Origin: Clostridia bacterium
GTDB taxonomy: Bacteria > Bacillota > Clostridia > Oscillospirales > Acutalibacteraceae
Length of the DNA: 64,000 nucleotides
NCBI GenBank assembly: GCA_017532185.1
Contig: JAFXJO010000096.1
Span: 1,834-65,833 of the forward strand
Direction: 5' to 3'
The notes beneath the pieces are model-generated. The model worked only from the letters and a program-made list of their open reading frames with translations. It was not told the origin of the DNA and did not search any database. Below are positions 18,123 to 27,404 of the stretch, piece after piece (within the stretch, counting starts at the first letter, position 1; the number at the start of each line of letters is the position of its first letter). The position numbers and the translations under genes were made by a program.

Positions 18123-19373
18123 ATGGAATATTACGAAAACAAACAGGAACCCGAAAAAGCGGTGCTCATAGCCGTTGATACGGGTGATTATAACTGCGAA
18201 ACCTCTCTTGATGAGCTTGAAGAGCTTGCCGCAACGGCAGGCGCACAGGTCATCGGCAGAATGTGGCAGAAAAGGGATAAGCCCGATTCCGCAACCTTTC
18301 TCGGCAGCGGCAGAATTGAAGAGCTTGCCGAATTCTGCGAAAATAACGAGGTAGACCTTGTTATTGCCGACAGCGAGCTTTCGCCCGCACAGCTTCGCAA
18401 CATCGAAAAAGAGGTTGACACAAGAGTTGTTGACAGAACAACCCTCATTCTCGATATCTTTGCCGACAGAGCAAGAAGCAACGAAGGTAAGCTCCAGGTC
18501 GAGCTTGCCCAGCTCAAATATTCTCTGCCCAGGCTTACGGGTAAGGGTATTCAGCTTTCGAGACTCGGCGGCGGTATCGGCACAAGAGGTCCCGGCGAAA
18601 CAAAGCTCGAAACCGACAGACGCCATATCAGGCGCAGGGTAAAATCTCTTGAAGAAGAGCTTGAATCGCTTGAAAAGCGCAGAGGTCTTGCAAGAGCAAG
18701 ACGCGAAAAAGACGGCGTTGAAACCGTTGTTATCGTTGGCTACACAAACGCAGGCAAATCCACGCTTATGAACACTCTCACCGAAGCGGGTGTGCTTGCG
18801 CAGGATAAACTCTTTGCAACCCTTGACCCCACTTCACGCGCTTTGACTCTGCCCGACGGCAGAAAGGTTATGCTTATCGATACGGTAGGATTTATCCGCC
18901 GTTTGCCTCACAACCTTGTTGAGGCTTTCAAATCAACACTTGAAGAAGCGGTCTGCGCAAAGGTTATTCTCAACGTCTGCGACGCTTCCGACCCAGAATG
19001 CGCAGAGCATCTTGAAGTCACAAACGAGCTTCTTGACGAGCTTGGCTGCAGCGGCAAGCCGACCATTCCCGTTTTTAACAAATGCGACCTTGCCGAAGCA
19101 AACGTTTATCTTTTCAACGAGCCGAATGCCGTAAGAATATCAGCGCTCGAAAAAACAGGGCTTGACGAATTGCTCGATGCAATCTCAAAAGCTTTGCCGC
19201 CCACAAGAGCAAAAGTTAAAATGCTCATCCCCTATTCCGACGGTGCGGCAGGCGCGGTTTTGCGCAAAGACGGCGTTATTCAGTTTGAAGAATACCGTGC
19301 TGACGGTCTCTATCTTGAACTGATTGCAGACGTAAATCTCGTTGACAGATATAAGGATTACTGCGTAACTTAA
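18123..19373 (+). CDS. hflX: GTPase HflX
   Basis: GIGTRGPGETKLE, GYTNAGKST, LFATLDPT, DTVGFI, NKCD. Confidence 0.97.
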   Translation: MEYYENKQEPEKAVLIAVDTGDYNCETSLDELEELAATAGAQVIGRMWQKRDKPDSATFLGSGRIEELAEFCENNEVDLVIADSELSPAQLRNIEKEVDTRVVDRTTLILDIFADRARSNEGKLQVELAQLKYSLPRLTGKGIQLSRLGGGIGTRGPGETKLETDRRHIRRRVKSLEEELESLEKRRGLARARREKDGVETVVIVGYTNAGKSTLMNTLTEAGVLAQDKLFATLDPTSRALTLPDGRKVMLIDTVGFIRRLPHNLVEAFKSTLEEAVCAKVILNVCDASDPECAEHLEVTNELLDELGCSGKPTIPVFNKCDLAEANVYLFNEPNAVRISALEKTGLDELLDAISKALPPTRAKVKMLIPYSDGAAGAVLRKDGVIQFEEYRADGLYLELIADVNLVDRYKDYCVT

Positions 19374-19395
19374 CAGATTGTTAAAATTATGCTTG

Positions 19396-19424
19396 TTGAC
19401 AAACGGCAGACCTTAGGTTATAAT
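19396..19424 (+). promoter_or_regulatory. Perfect SigA promoter of the 60-aa gene
   Basis: TTGACA-N17-TATAAT. Confidence 0.85.
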
Positions 19425-19480
19425 GTTGCCGTAAACTCCCGTTTTCAGGAGTAAATTAATATTAAAGGGGGATATTTCAA

Positions 19481-19663
19481 ATGGAAATTAACACACAGGG
19501 CATTCAGGAGCTTATCCTTGCCGCGGCAAATGCACTTGCAAACCTCGACCTCAAGACTCTTGATTTTGACTGGCTCGCAGAGCTTCTCACAAAGTACAGC
19601 GATATCTGGAACCCCATCTGGGCTGCAGTTAACGTGTTCCTTGAGAACTGGTTCGGTTTCTAA
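19481..19663 (+). CDS. Small acidic Trp-rich amphipathic protein (60 aa), function unknown
   Basis: Own promoter, AAAGGGGG RBS, host-like codons and own terminator. Confidence 0.8.
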   Translation: MEINTQGIQELILAAANALANLDLKTLDFDWLAELLTKYSDIWNPIWAAVNVFLENWFGF

Positions 19664-19673
19664 GAAACAAATT

Positions 19674-19711
19674 AAGCAGGAACGGAAATTCCGTTCCTGC
19701 TTTTCTTTTTT
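19674..19711. terminator. Bidirectional terminator
   Basis: AAGCAGGAACGG-aaatt-CCGTTCCTGCTT followed by a T-run. Confidence 0.85.
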
Positions 19712-19715
19712 ACCG

Positions 19716-20738
19716 TTAAAGAACAACCGTAAAAAGCGCGCCGCCGTCGGAAGCGTTTTCAACCGTTATTTCGCCGCCGCAAAGGGCAAGAATGTTTTTC
19801 GTAAGCGAAAGCCCGAGTCCGTTACCTTCCGCCTTGTGGGAGCTGTCGCTCTGATAGAATTTATTGAAAATTCGTGTTTTTTCTTCGTCATTGATACCCT
19901 GTCCGTCATCTTCAATGGTAAAAACCGTTTTGCCGCGAATTTTTTTTAGAGATATCTTAACCAAGCCGCCGTCAGGACTGAATTTGACCGCATTATCGAT
20001 AAGATTATTCCAGACGTGAAAAATCAGCCCCTTATCGCCCGTATACTCAATATCATCCATATCAACGTCAAACTCAATGTTTTTGGCGCTCCATCGGGGT
20101 TCAAGCATCAGAATTGCCTGCCGTATCTGTTCATCCAGACGGTAGGTTGTTTTTTTAGCCTGAATAGCTTTGTTATCAACCTTTGAAAGAAGCAAAACGT
20201 TGCCCACCAGCTCAGAAAGACGCTTTGTGTTTGAGAGAATTTTCTCAATATATTCAGCTTCGCTTTCAGGGTCATCGCAATCCTGCAAAAGCGTTGCATA
20301 GCCTTCGATTGCGGTTATCGGGGTTTTGATTTCATGCGAAACGTTTGAAACAAAATCCGTCTGCAGAGTTTCGGTTGCGTTAAGCTCGCCGACCATAAGG
20401 TTGAAATTCGTATAAATATCTTGGATACCCTCAAGCCTGCTCTCGGTTTCAATCTGCGTTTCAAAATCTCCCTCAGCAACGTTTTTCATTGCAGAGCTGA
20501 GCTTTGTCAGCGGCGTGATAACGATTTTTGAAGCAAACGACATAACAACCGCACCTGCAACGATACTCACGAAAGTTATCCAGAGCAGGTTGGGCATACT
20601 TATCTGAACGTTAAAGAAATATTTGACCAGAGCCGCAAGAATCAACTCAAGCGGAACAGTTATGCCGAAGCCCACAAAAACGCAGGATAAAAAGTAAGTC
20701 CAAAGCTTGCGCTTGTTTTTGTTTTTGCTTTTCTTCAT
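19716..20738 (-). CDS. HAMP-domain sensor histidine kinase (HssS-like)
   Basis: 2 TMs, HAMP, SHEIKTP H-box, NLIDNAVKF, GNGLGL. Confidence 0.9.
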   Translation of the reverse strand: MKKSKNKNKRKLWTYFLSCVFVGFGITVPLELILAALVKYFFNVQISMPNLLWITFVSIVAGAVVMSFASKIVITPLTKLSSAMKNVAEGDFETQIETESRLEGIQDIYTNFNLMVGELNATETLQTDFVSNVSHEIKTPITAIEGYATLLQDCDDPESEAEYIEKILSNTKRLSELVGNVLLLSKVDNKAIQAKKTTYRLDEQIRQAILMLEPRWSAKNIEFDVDMDDIEYTGDKGLIFHVWNNLIDNAVKFSPDGGLVKISLKKIRGKTVFTIEDDGQGINDEEKTRIFNKFYQSDSSHKAEGNGLGLSLTKNILALCGGEITVENASDGGALFTVVL

Positions 20739-21406
20739 GCCTTTTCCACCTTGTAGCCGACGCCGCGCATCGTTACTATTCTGAAATCGCTGTTTTCTTT
20801 GAATCTGTCTCGCAGTCTGCCGATATGCACGTCAACCGTGTGGGTATCCGTAACGGAATCATAACCCCAGATTTCATCCATAAGCTGTTGACGGGTAAAG
20901 ATTTTGCCCGGGAACGAAGCCATTTTATAGAGAAGCATAAACTCCTTCTGCGGCAGAATCATATTCTCGCCGCCGCTGCTGACGGTCAGCGAATCGCACT
21001 CCATAACGGTTGAACCGATGGTGAGCCTGCGCTCATTCATCATCTGCGCTCTGCGAAGAAGCGAGCCGACGCGGAGCACCATCTCGTTAACGTTGACGGG
21101 CTTTATCATATAATCGTCCATACCCGAGAGAAAGCCGAGACGCATATCGTCAAATGCATCTTTGGCTGTGATGGTCAGCACAGGAATGTTGTTTCCCGAT
21201 TCGCGCAGGGAACGCACAAGCTCGTAGCCATCCATAACGGGCATCATAATATCTGAAATTATAAGGTCGTGATAGCTCTCATCAAGAGCATCGAGCGCTT
21301 CTTTACCGTTCGAAACACCCGTAACCGCAAAGCCGTTTTTGATGAGCACGTGCCTGAAAAGGTCGCGGAGCTCCGTATCATCCTCGGCGATAAGAATTTT
21401 AAACAT
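20735..21406 (-). CDS. OmpR-family response regulator (HssR-like)
   Basis: EDD, DIMMP, KP, IFTRQQLMDEIWG, TVDVHI, RGVGY. Confidence 0.92.
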   Translation of the reverse strand: MFKILIAEDDTELRDLFRHVLIKNGFAVTGVSNGKEALDALDESYHDLIISDIMMPVMDGYELVRSLRESGNNIPVLTITAKDAFDDMRLGFLSGMDDYMIKPVNVNEMVLRVGSLLRRAQMMNERRLTIGSTVMECDSLTVSSGGENMILPQKEFMLLYKMASFPGKIFTRQQLMDEIWGYDSVTDTHTVDVHIGRLRDRFKENSDFRIVTMRGVGYKVEKA

Positions 21407-21468
21407 TTAATCATCCTCCGGTTTTGGTAATATTATTTTACACCATAGCCGCAGATAAATCAACCTTG

Positions 21469-21497
21469 TTGACAAACCTCGGCAAATGTTTTATATT
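21469..21497 (+). promoter_or_regulatory. SigA-type promoter of the kinase gene
   Basis: TTGACA-N17-TATATT. Confidence 0.65.
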
Positions 21498-21519
21498 TCT
21501 ATTATAAAAAGAAAGTGGG

Positions 21520-23955
21520 GTGTGGCCGATGCTTGATTTGAGCAACGTTTGGCCCGAATGGCAAGCGGTTGAACTGCTTGGCGAAGGCTCTTTCGGCAAG
21601 GTTTACAGGTGCGTCAGAGAAGAATACGGAATGAAATTCGAAAGCGCCGTTAAGGTTATCTCTCTCCCTTCAAGCAGGGCGGAGGTTGACAGCTTTTTTG
21701 CCGAGGGTATGAGCGAGGAGCAAATCAAAACGTTTTATGCCGAAATCGTTGAAGATTTTGCAAGCGAAATAAAAATGCTCTTTTTGCTTAAAGGTGCGCC
21801 TAACATCGTTGCGGTTGAAAATTATAAAATCGTTGAACGCAAAAACGAAATCGGCTGGGATATCTATATCCTTATGGAATATCTTGAGAGCTTTGCAAAA
21901 TATTCGCACGGCAAAAACCTCACCGAGGCGGATATCAAGGCGCTTGCTCTCGATATGTGCACCGCGCTGAAAAGCTGCGGAAAATATAACGTTATTCACA
22001 GAGACATAAAACCCGGCAACATTTTCATTGACCGTTTCGGCTCGTTCAAGCTGGGCGATTTCAGCATCGCAAGACAGCTTGAGGGCACAATGGATTTTAT
22101 GAGCAAAAAAGGCACCTTCGGCTATATGGCACCCGAGGTTTTCAGGGGCGAAAGCTACGATTTCAGGGTGGATATCTATTCGCTCGGCAGAGTGCTTTAT
22201 AAGCTTCTCAACCGTAATAAGGAGCCTTTCATCGACGTCAACAAGGAGTTTGTGAGCTTCAAGGACAGAAACGAATCTCTTGAAAGAATAAGAAAAGGCG
22301 AAAAACTGCCTGCACCCGTTGACGCAAGCCCTGCAATGGCGGCGGTTATTCTCAAAGCCTGCGAATATAACGCCTCGGACAGATTTGCAAGCGTTGAAGA
22401 ATTCAAGGCGGCTCTCGAATCGGTTCCCGCAGTTACGGAAGAACCCACGGTTGCGGCTCAGGATTATTTTGAAAAGACCGTTGCCGCAAGAGAAATTGAA
22501 CTGCCTGCACCTGTTCCCGTTGAAGCGGACTGCGATGACGAAACCGTTGTTATCGCACCCGTTTCCGAAGAAGCAACCGAGCTTCTTGAAGCGGAAGAAA
22601 CAGCAATATTGCCCGATGAAGACGAAACTGTTTTGGCTCCTGCCGACCCCGATGCAACAATGCTCGCAGACGCAGACTATGATGAACCAACCGTTATGGC
22701 GGAGAAGGACGAACTTCCGACAGACAAAGAAAGCAAAAACAAGAAGAAAAAGATTGTTATTTTCTTAATCCTCGGCATTGTTGCGGTTGCAGCGATAGTC
22801 CTCGGTATACTTTTCAACAAGGGAGTGTTAGGCTCTTCCAACCAAAATCCGCCTCCTGCTGAATCCGAGGCAGAATCAGCTCAATATCATTACACTACCG
22901 CAAAAGAACTTATAGAATCGGGTGACTATGCCGGAGCCTACAGCCATCTTGTTCAGTGTCTCGGATATGAAGATACAAACGAAATGATTGAGAATTTTGT
23001 TTACGGAAAACGTACGAGTATCAGTTTCTCATATGATAACGGCGTTGAAACGCAAAGTGATTATTATGAACAACATCTCGATGAATACGGCAACGTAACC
23101 TTTATTGATTGGGGCGATTCCTTAAGCTATTTTGAAAATTCTTACGATGAAAACGGCAATTTAATTTCAACCATTTCCGATGGCGGAAGTCGGACTGATT
23201 ATATAAGATATAGTGACGGCTCTTTAGCTGAAGAAACCGGTTATAACAGCAACGGTAATATTTCTTATAATATCAAGTATGATGAATTTGGCTGTGAGAT
23301 ATATCATCTTTCAACCGATATAGACGGTTTTATCGAGTCAGAAAATTCGTATACATATGAGCGCGATGCCAACGGCAATATTACTACGGAAACTTGTTAT
23401 GATTTAACAACAGATGAGAATTTCAGATACGTCTATGAATATGATAATAACGGCAATATGGTGCTTGAAACCAGGTATGAGAACAATATCATTGCTTACA
23501 GATTTGAATACGATAATAACGGTAACGAAACACTTGAAATCTATTATGATGATAACGGCGAATGGCATGGTGAGAATGAATATAAATATGACGAATACGG
23601 TAATTGCATATACATAAAACAAGCTGCGTTTCAAAGTGAAACTTATGAGACTTTGTTCGATAATGTATATGACAACCGAGGAAACCTTATAAGCAGGTCA
23701 TATACACGTCAAATATACAATTATGATATTGTTGAAGACAGCGAAAAGGTTGAATACGTGTATAACGAATACGGTTATGTTACTCAAGTAACATATTATG
23801 AATACGGTGAATATACTTCTAAAGATGTATTTGAATATGAATTCACAGATACTTCTTGTGTGGAAACTTGTGTTAGCTATGATGAAAACGGAAATATTTA
23901 CCGTAAGCGTATATATACACGTTCTGACCCTGTCGGATATTCAGAGCCGTCTTAA
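21520..23955 (+). CDS. Membrane Hanks-type Ser/Thr kinase with extracellular YD-like repeats
   Basis: GEGSFGKV, AVK, HRDIKPGN, DFS (for DFG), MAPE, DIYSLG; acidic linker; TM; repeated Y[DE]xxGN units. Start may be ATG 21529. Confidence 0.88.
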   Translation: MWPMLDLSNVWPEWQAVELLGEGSFGKVYRCVREEYGMKFESAVKVISLPSSRAEVDSFFAEGMSEEQIKTFYAEIVEDFASEIKMLFLLKGAPNIVAVENYKIVERKNEIGWDIYILMEYLESFAKYSHGKNLTEADIKALALDMCTALKSCGKYNVIHRDIKPGNIFIDRFGSFKLGDFSIARQLEGTMDFMSKKGTFGYMAPEVFRGESYDFRVDIYSLGRVLYKLLNRNKEPFIDVNKEFVSFKDRNESLERIRKGEKLPAPVDASPAMAAVILKACEYNASDRFASVEEFKAALESVPAVTEEPTVAAQDYFEKTVAAREIELPAPVPVEADCDDETVVIAPVSEEATELLEAEETAILPDEDETVLAPADPDATMLADADYDEPTVMAEKDELPTDKESKNKKKKIVIFLILGIVAVAAIVLGILFNKGVLGSSNQNPPPAESEAESAQYHYTTAKELIESGDYAGAYSHLVQCLGYEDTNEMIENFVYGKRTSISFSYDNGVETQSDYYEQHLDEYGNVTFIDWGDSLSYFENSYDENGNLISTISDGGSRTDYIRYSDGSLAEETGYNSNGNISYNIKYDEFGCEIYHLSTDIDGFIESENSYTYERDANGNITTETCYDLTTDENFRYVYEYDNNGNMVLETRYENNIIAYRFEYDNNGNETLEIYYDDNGEWHGENEYKYDEYGNCIYIKQAAFQSETYETLFDNVYDNRGNLISRSYTRQIYNYDIVEDSEKVEYVYNEYGYVTQVTYYEYGEYTSKDVFEYEFTDTSCVETCVSYDENGNIYRKRIYTRSDPVGYSEPS

Positions 23956-23977
23956 ACCCAAAAACACCTATATAAAA

Positions 23978-24007
23978 ACCGCCGCGGATACCGCGGCGGT
24001 AATTTTT
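23978..24007. terminator. Bidirectional terminator
   Basis: ACCGCCGCGG-ata-CCGCGGCGGT flanked by A and T runs. Confidence 0.8.
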
Positions 24008-24024
24008 ATTCTGTCTGAAATTAA

Positions 24025-25044
24025 TCAATACCTGTTTCTGACTCTTTCAGCAAAGGCGGTCAGACCGTCAAGGTGCAGTCTTGTGCCGTCATCAAGCACC
24101 GCATCGCCATAGAATTTGCCGAAAACCTGATGGCTGTCCTGGCTGATTATGCCTGCGCTGTAAATGTTTCTGTTATCGTAAATCGGCTGAAATCTCATAT
24201 CAAATCTGCCGTCGGAGCTGAGAATATGCCACGGCTGCATAATATTTTTCGGAATATCAAACAGAATGCGGTCAAGCTTGTGGCACTTGCCGTCATAAAA
24301 AATCATATTCTCGCTTGCGGCGGTGGTGTTGCCGAAGCCGTAGCCTATATTGAAGCCGAAAAGCTTGCCGTCAATCACGCCGTTGCCCGAGCTCCAATAC
24401 CAGGTGTTATCATAAGTCCAGACTCCTCTGCCCCAATCAAGCGTTGCAAAATCCTTATCAGGGTTAAAAACGTGAACGTTACCGTCAAAATTAACGTAGC
24501 CCTCAGCAGGCAGACAGTTGATTTTCTGGTTATAATAAAACGCTTTTTTATCGTCTTCCCAGGGTGTGGCAATAACCATCGTGTCTCCGCTGTAGTTATG
24601 CAGAAAAATATCAAAATCCAGTTCACCGTGAATCGGGCATTTTTTATAGTGACCCGTAAGGCGTCTGCCGCCGTTTTCGTGAGTGATTGAAACAGAGCAG
24701 AACTTTTTGTTGACGGTAATATCACCTTCGGAGCTGTCTGTAGGCATATTCATTTTGCCCATAGGTACAGGTATGGGAGTTATATAAGAATGCTTTTTGC
24801 CCTTGTTGAGGTCATAGAAGTTGGCATTGCAAAGACCCATATAGCGGCTGTCTGCAACGGTGAGCGAAAAGGCATAGCCGTTGCTGTCAACAATGCCGTA
24901 ATAATCCCACTCCTTGATTCTGATTTTATCCGCTTTTATATCAAGAGGGTTATATTCCATTATCAGCTTTGTTGCCCAGCCCGCCTCAAGCAAAGAGCCG
25001 TCTGCGCCGAGAAGCTTATGCGGTTTTTTGATTCTGTGATTCAT
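24025..25044 (-). CDS. DUF2804-like protein
   Basis: KEWDYY, FYYNQKINC, LDWGRGVW, GFNIGYGFG, HQVFGKF motifs recognised from this family. Confidence 0.75.
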   Translation of the reverse strand: MNHRIKKPHKLLGADGSLLEAGWATKLIMEYNPLDIKADKIRIKEWDYYGIVDSNGYAFSLTVADSRYMGLCNANFYDLNKGKKHSYITPIPVPMGKMNMPTDSSEGDITVNKKFCSVSITHENGGRRLTGHYKKCPIHGELDFDIFLHNYSGDTMVIATPWEDDKKAFYYNQKINCLPAEGYVNFDGNVHVFNPDKDFATLDWGRGVWTYDNTWYWSSGNGVIDGKLFGFNIGYGFGNTTAASENMIFYDGKCHKLDRILFDIPKNIMQPWHILSSDGRFDMRFQPIYDNRNIYSAGIISQDSHQVFGKFYGDAVLDDGTRLHLDGLTAFAERVRNRY

Positions 25045-25119
25045 TGAACAACCTCAACCCTGAAAAATGCAGGCAAGCGGAAGCACTTACCATAATAAAA
25101 TTCATTATATTATGCCATT

Positions 25120-25157
25120 TTCAACCAAGCTTCAACTCAAGTTCAACAATTGTTGAA
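25120..25157 (-). promoter_or_regulatory. Tandem 11-bp-period repeats, putative response-regulator box
   Basis: TTCAAC at 25120, 25131 and 25142, plus an inverted copy at 25152; minus-strand TATAAT at 25104-25109. Confidence 0.6.
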
Positions 25158-25170
25158 AAAAGGCGCGTAT

Positions 25171-25209
25171 AACAAAATGACCTGCATCGAAAATCAGCCG
25201 ATGCAGGTC
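25171..25209 (-). terminator. Terminator of the ABC-DUF1854-ABC operon
   Basis: GACCTGCATCG...CGATGCAGGTC with a T-rich tail on the minus strand. Confidence 0.7.
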
Positions 25210-25218
25210 GCTATGTTT

Positions 25219-27369
25219 TCAGTTTGAAAGTTTTGCAGTCTGACGCTGAGCCATAACGAGCTTTGCGTAGATTCCGTTTTGCACAAGCAATTCTCTGTGC
25301 GTGCCAACCTCTGCAATCTTACCTTTTTCAATAACCACAAGACGGTCAGCGTTGCGCAGGGTTGAAAGTCTGTGGGCAATGGCAAAGGTTGTTCTGCCTT
25401 TAACAAGCTTCGAAAGAGCATCCTGAATCAGACTCTCGGTTTCAGGGTCGAGGGCCGAAGTTGCTTCGTCAAGAATAAGAATCTCAGGATTTCGCAAAAC
25501 AGCTCGGGCAATTGAAATTCTCTGCCTTTCGCCGCCCGAAAGGTTATGGCCGTTTTCGCCAACGATGGTGTTATAGCCATCGGGCAGCTTCATAATAAAT
25601 TCGTGAGCGTTTGCCGCTTTTGCCGCCGCAATAACCTCGCTCGGCTCCGCTGTGCGGCGCGCATAAGCAATGTTATCGTAAATAGTACCTGCAAAAAGGA
25701 AGGTTTCCTGAAAAACAACGCCCACTTTTTCTCTGTAATCACTCTGGCGCATCTGCTTTACGTCATTGCCGCCAACGGTGATGCTGCCTGCATCGGTATC
25801 ATAAAGACGCATAATGAGGTTTATGAGAGTTGATTTGCCTGCGCCCGAATGACCGACCAGACCAATCATCTCGCCCTGTTTTACCGTCAGATTGATATCC
25901 TTGAGTACGGGCTCGTAAGCTTTATATCCGAAGCGCACGTCGCTGAACACCATATCACCCGAAAGCGTTGCTTCAACGGGCATTTCGGTATCTTCAACGC
26001 TCTGTTTCTCATCAACAACCTCAAAAATCTTGATAAGGCTTGTTGCAACTTCGCCGAGCCTTCGGGGCAGAGTTGATATCCAGCGCAAAGGCTGATAGAT
26101 ATAGGCAAGGAAAAGCGTGAATTCAAGCAGCTCGCCAACGGTGATTTTGCCGCTGATTGCCATTCTGCCGCCGAAATAGAGCACAAGAAATTCGCCTATA
26201 CCCATAAAGAACGACAGGAACGGAAAAACTCTTGCCCAGAGCTGTTCATTGCTTGCCGAAATCTGTGCAAGACGAAGACAGATACGGTCAAACTTTTTAA
26301 TTTCTCTTTCTTCGCTGCCGAAGGTTTTAACAACTCGTATTCCTCTGACGATATCGTGAAGTACGGAGTTTGACCTCGAATTACATCTCCACTGTTTTTC
26401 ATAGCGGATGTGAATAAACTTCCAGAATCCTCTGATGGCAAGAATAACAAGAGGCACGGGGATAAACACAAGCAAGGTCAGTATCGGGCTTATATTAAGA
26501 AGAATAATCAGGATAACGATAAACATTATCAGCTTTTCGATGGCATACATACCGTGCTCCGTAACAAAGCGGCGCACAACTTCCGTATCCTTTGTGACTC
26601 TTTTCATAAGGTCGCCCGAAGTTTTCTTGGACATCGATGAAAGCGAGAGTCTTTGCACCTTATCATAAACAAGAACACGTAAATCGTTTGAAAAACGCGA
26701 ACTGATTCTGTTTGTTCTTCTCAGCGACAGGATAGAAAAAACTCTGCCGGCTATCTGCGTGAACGCCATAAGAAGCACAAGCAGAATAATACCTTTTATT
26801 TTTTCATTCAATGAAAGCGACGTGTTTGCGAGATAAGAATCAAGCATCTTTGCGTTAAGCATCGGCAACGTTGCTCCAAGTGCCGTTGAGATTGAAAGCA
26901 GAATTCCCGAAACCGCAAGCCCCGGAAGATAAGGCTTTGCCAAAGCATATGCGCGCTTGATGATATAGCTCTTTTCAACACAGAAAAGGCACACGTCAAT
27001 GCCCTTGGGATAATGCTTGCCGCATTTGGGGCATACTCTGAAATCCTCGCGCGAAAGCTCGGTTTCTTCGCCTGTTTTTATATAGTGGTTAACAACCTTG
27101 CAGAATTCGCCTATTTCGTTTGCCTGTGAAAGAGAGAAACGGCAAACGGAAACGGAATTTTCCATTTCCGCACTTGCATCTTTCTGAACAAGTTCGAGAC
27201 AGCCGCAGCCAACGTATGAACGCTGCAGAAGCTCTTCAATTCCGTCAAGGTTATGGCTGAAAACGGTTTCACCGTTGCAAACGGCATAAACGGAGCCGTT
27301 TTCGAATATCAGCTCGCCGTCGCATAAATTGCCGTCTGCGGTCAGGTCAAACCGCACTTTGTTTTGCAT
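25219..27369 (-). CDS. Fused ABC exporter (TMD+NBD) with N-terminal extension and CxxC..CxxC motif
   Basis: CPKC-x10-CLFC; TM domain; GHSGAGKS, LSGGERQR, ILILDE, AHRLST. Confidence 0.9.
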   Translation of the reverse strand: MQNKVRFDLTADGNLCDGELIFENGSVYAVCNGETVFSHNLDGIEELLQRSYVGCGCLELVQKDASAEMENSVSVCRFSLSQANEIGEFCKVVNHYIKTGEETELSREDFRVCPKCGKHYPKGIDVCLFCVEKSYIIKRAYALAKPYLPGLAVSGILLSISTALGATLPMLNAKMLDSYLANTSLSLNEKIKGIILLVLLMAFTQIAGRVFSILSLRRTNRISSRFSNDLRVLVYDKVQRLSLSSMSKKTSGDLMKRVTKDTEVVRRFVTEHGMYAIEKLIMFIVILIILLNISPILTLLVFIPVPLVILAIRGFWKFIHIRYEKQWRCNSRSNSVLHDIVRGIRVVKTFGSEEREIKKFDRICLRLAQISASNEQLWARVFPFLSFFMGIGEFLVLYFGGRMAISGKITVGELLEFTLFLAYIYQPLRWISTLPRRLGEVATSLIKIFEVVDEKQSVEDTEMPVEATLSGDMVFSDVRFGYKAYEPVLKDINLTVKQGEMIGLVGHSGAGKSTLINLIMRLYDTDAGSITVGGNDVKQMRQSDYREKVGVVFQETFLFAGTIYDNIAYARRTAEPSEVIAAAKAANAHEFIMKLPDGYNTIVGENGHNLSGGERQRISIARAVLRNPEILILDEATSALDPETESLIQDALSKLVKGRTTFAIAHRLSTLRNADRLVVIEKGKIAEVGTHRELLVQNGIYAKLVMAQRQTAKLSN

Positions 27370-27404
27370 AAAATTCACCCCTTTTCGGTATGTGAAATCA
27401 TAAA

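Noticed and set aside
22830-23955. RHS/YD toxin interpretation
   Set aside because: No RHS core-terminal DPxG-toxin extension or immunity gene; the repeats sit after a TM of a kinase.
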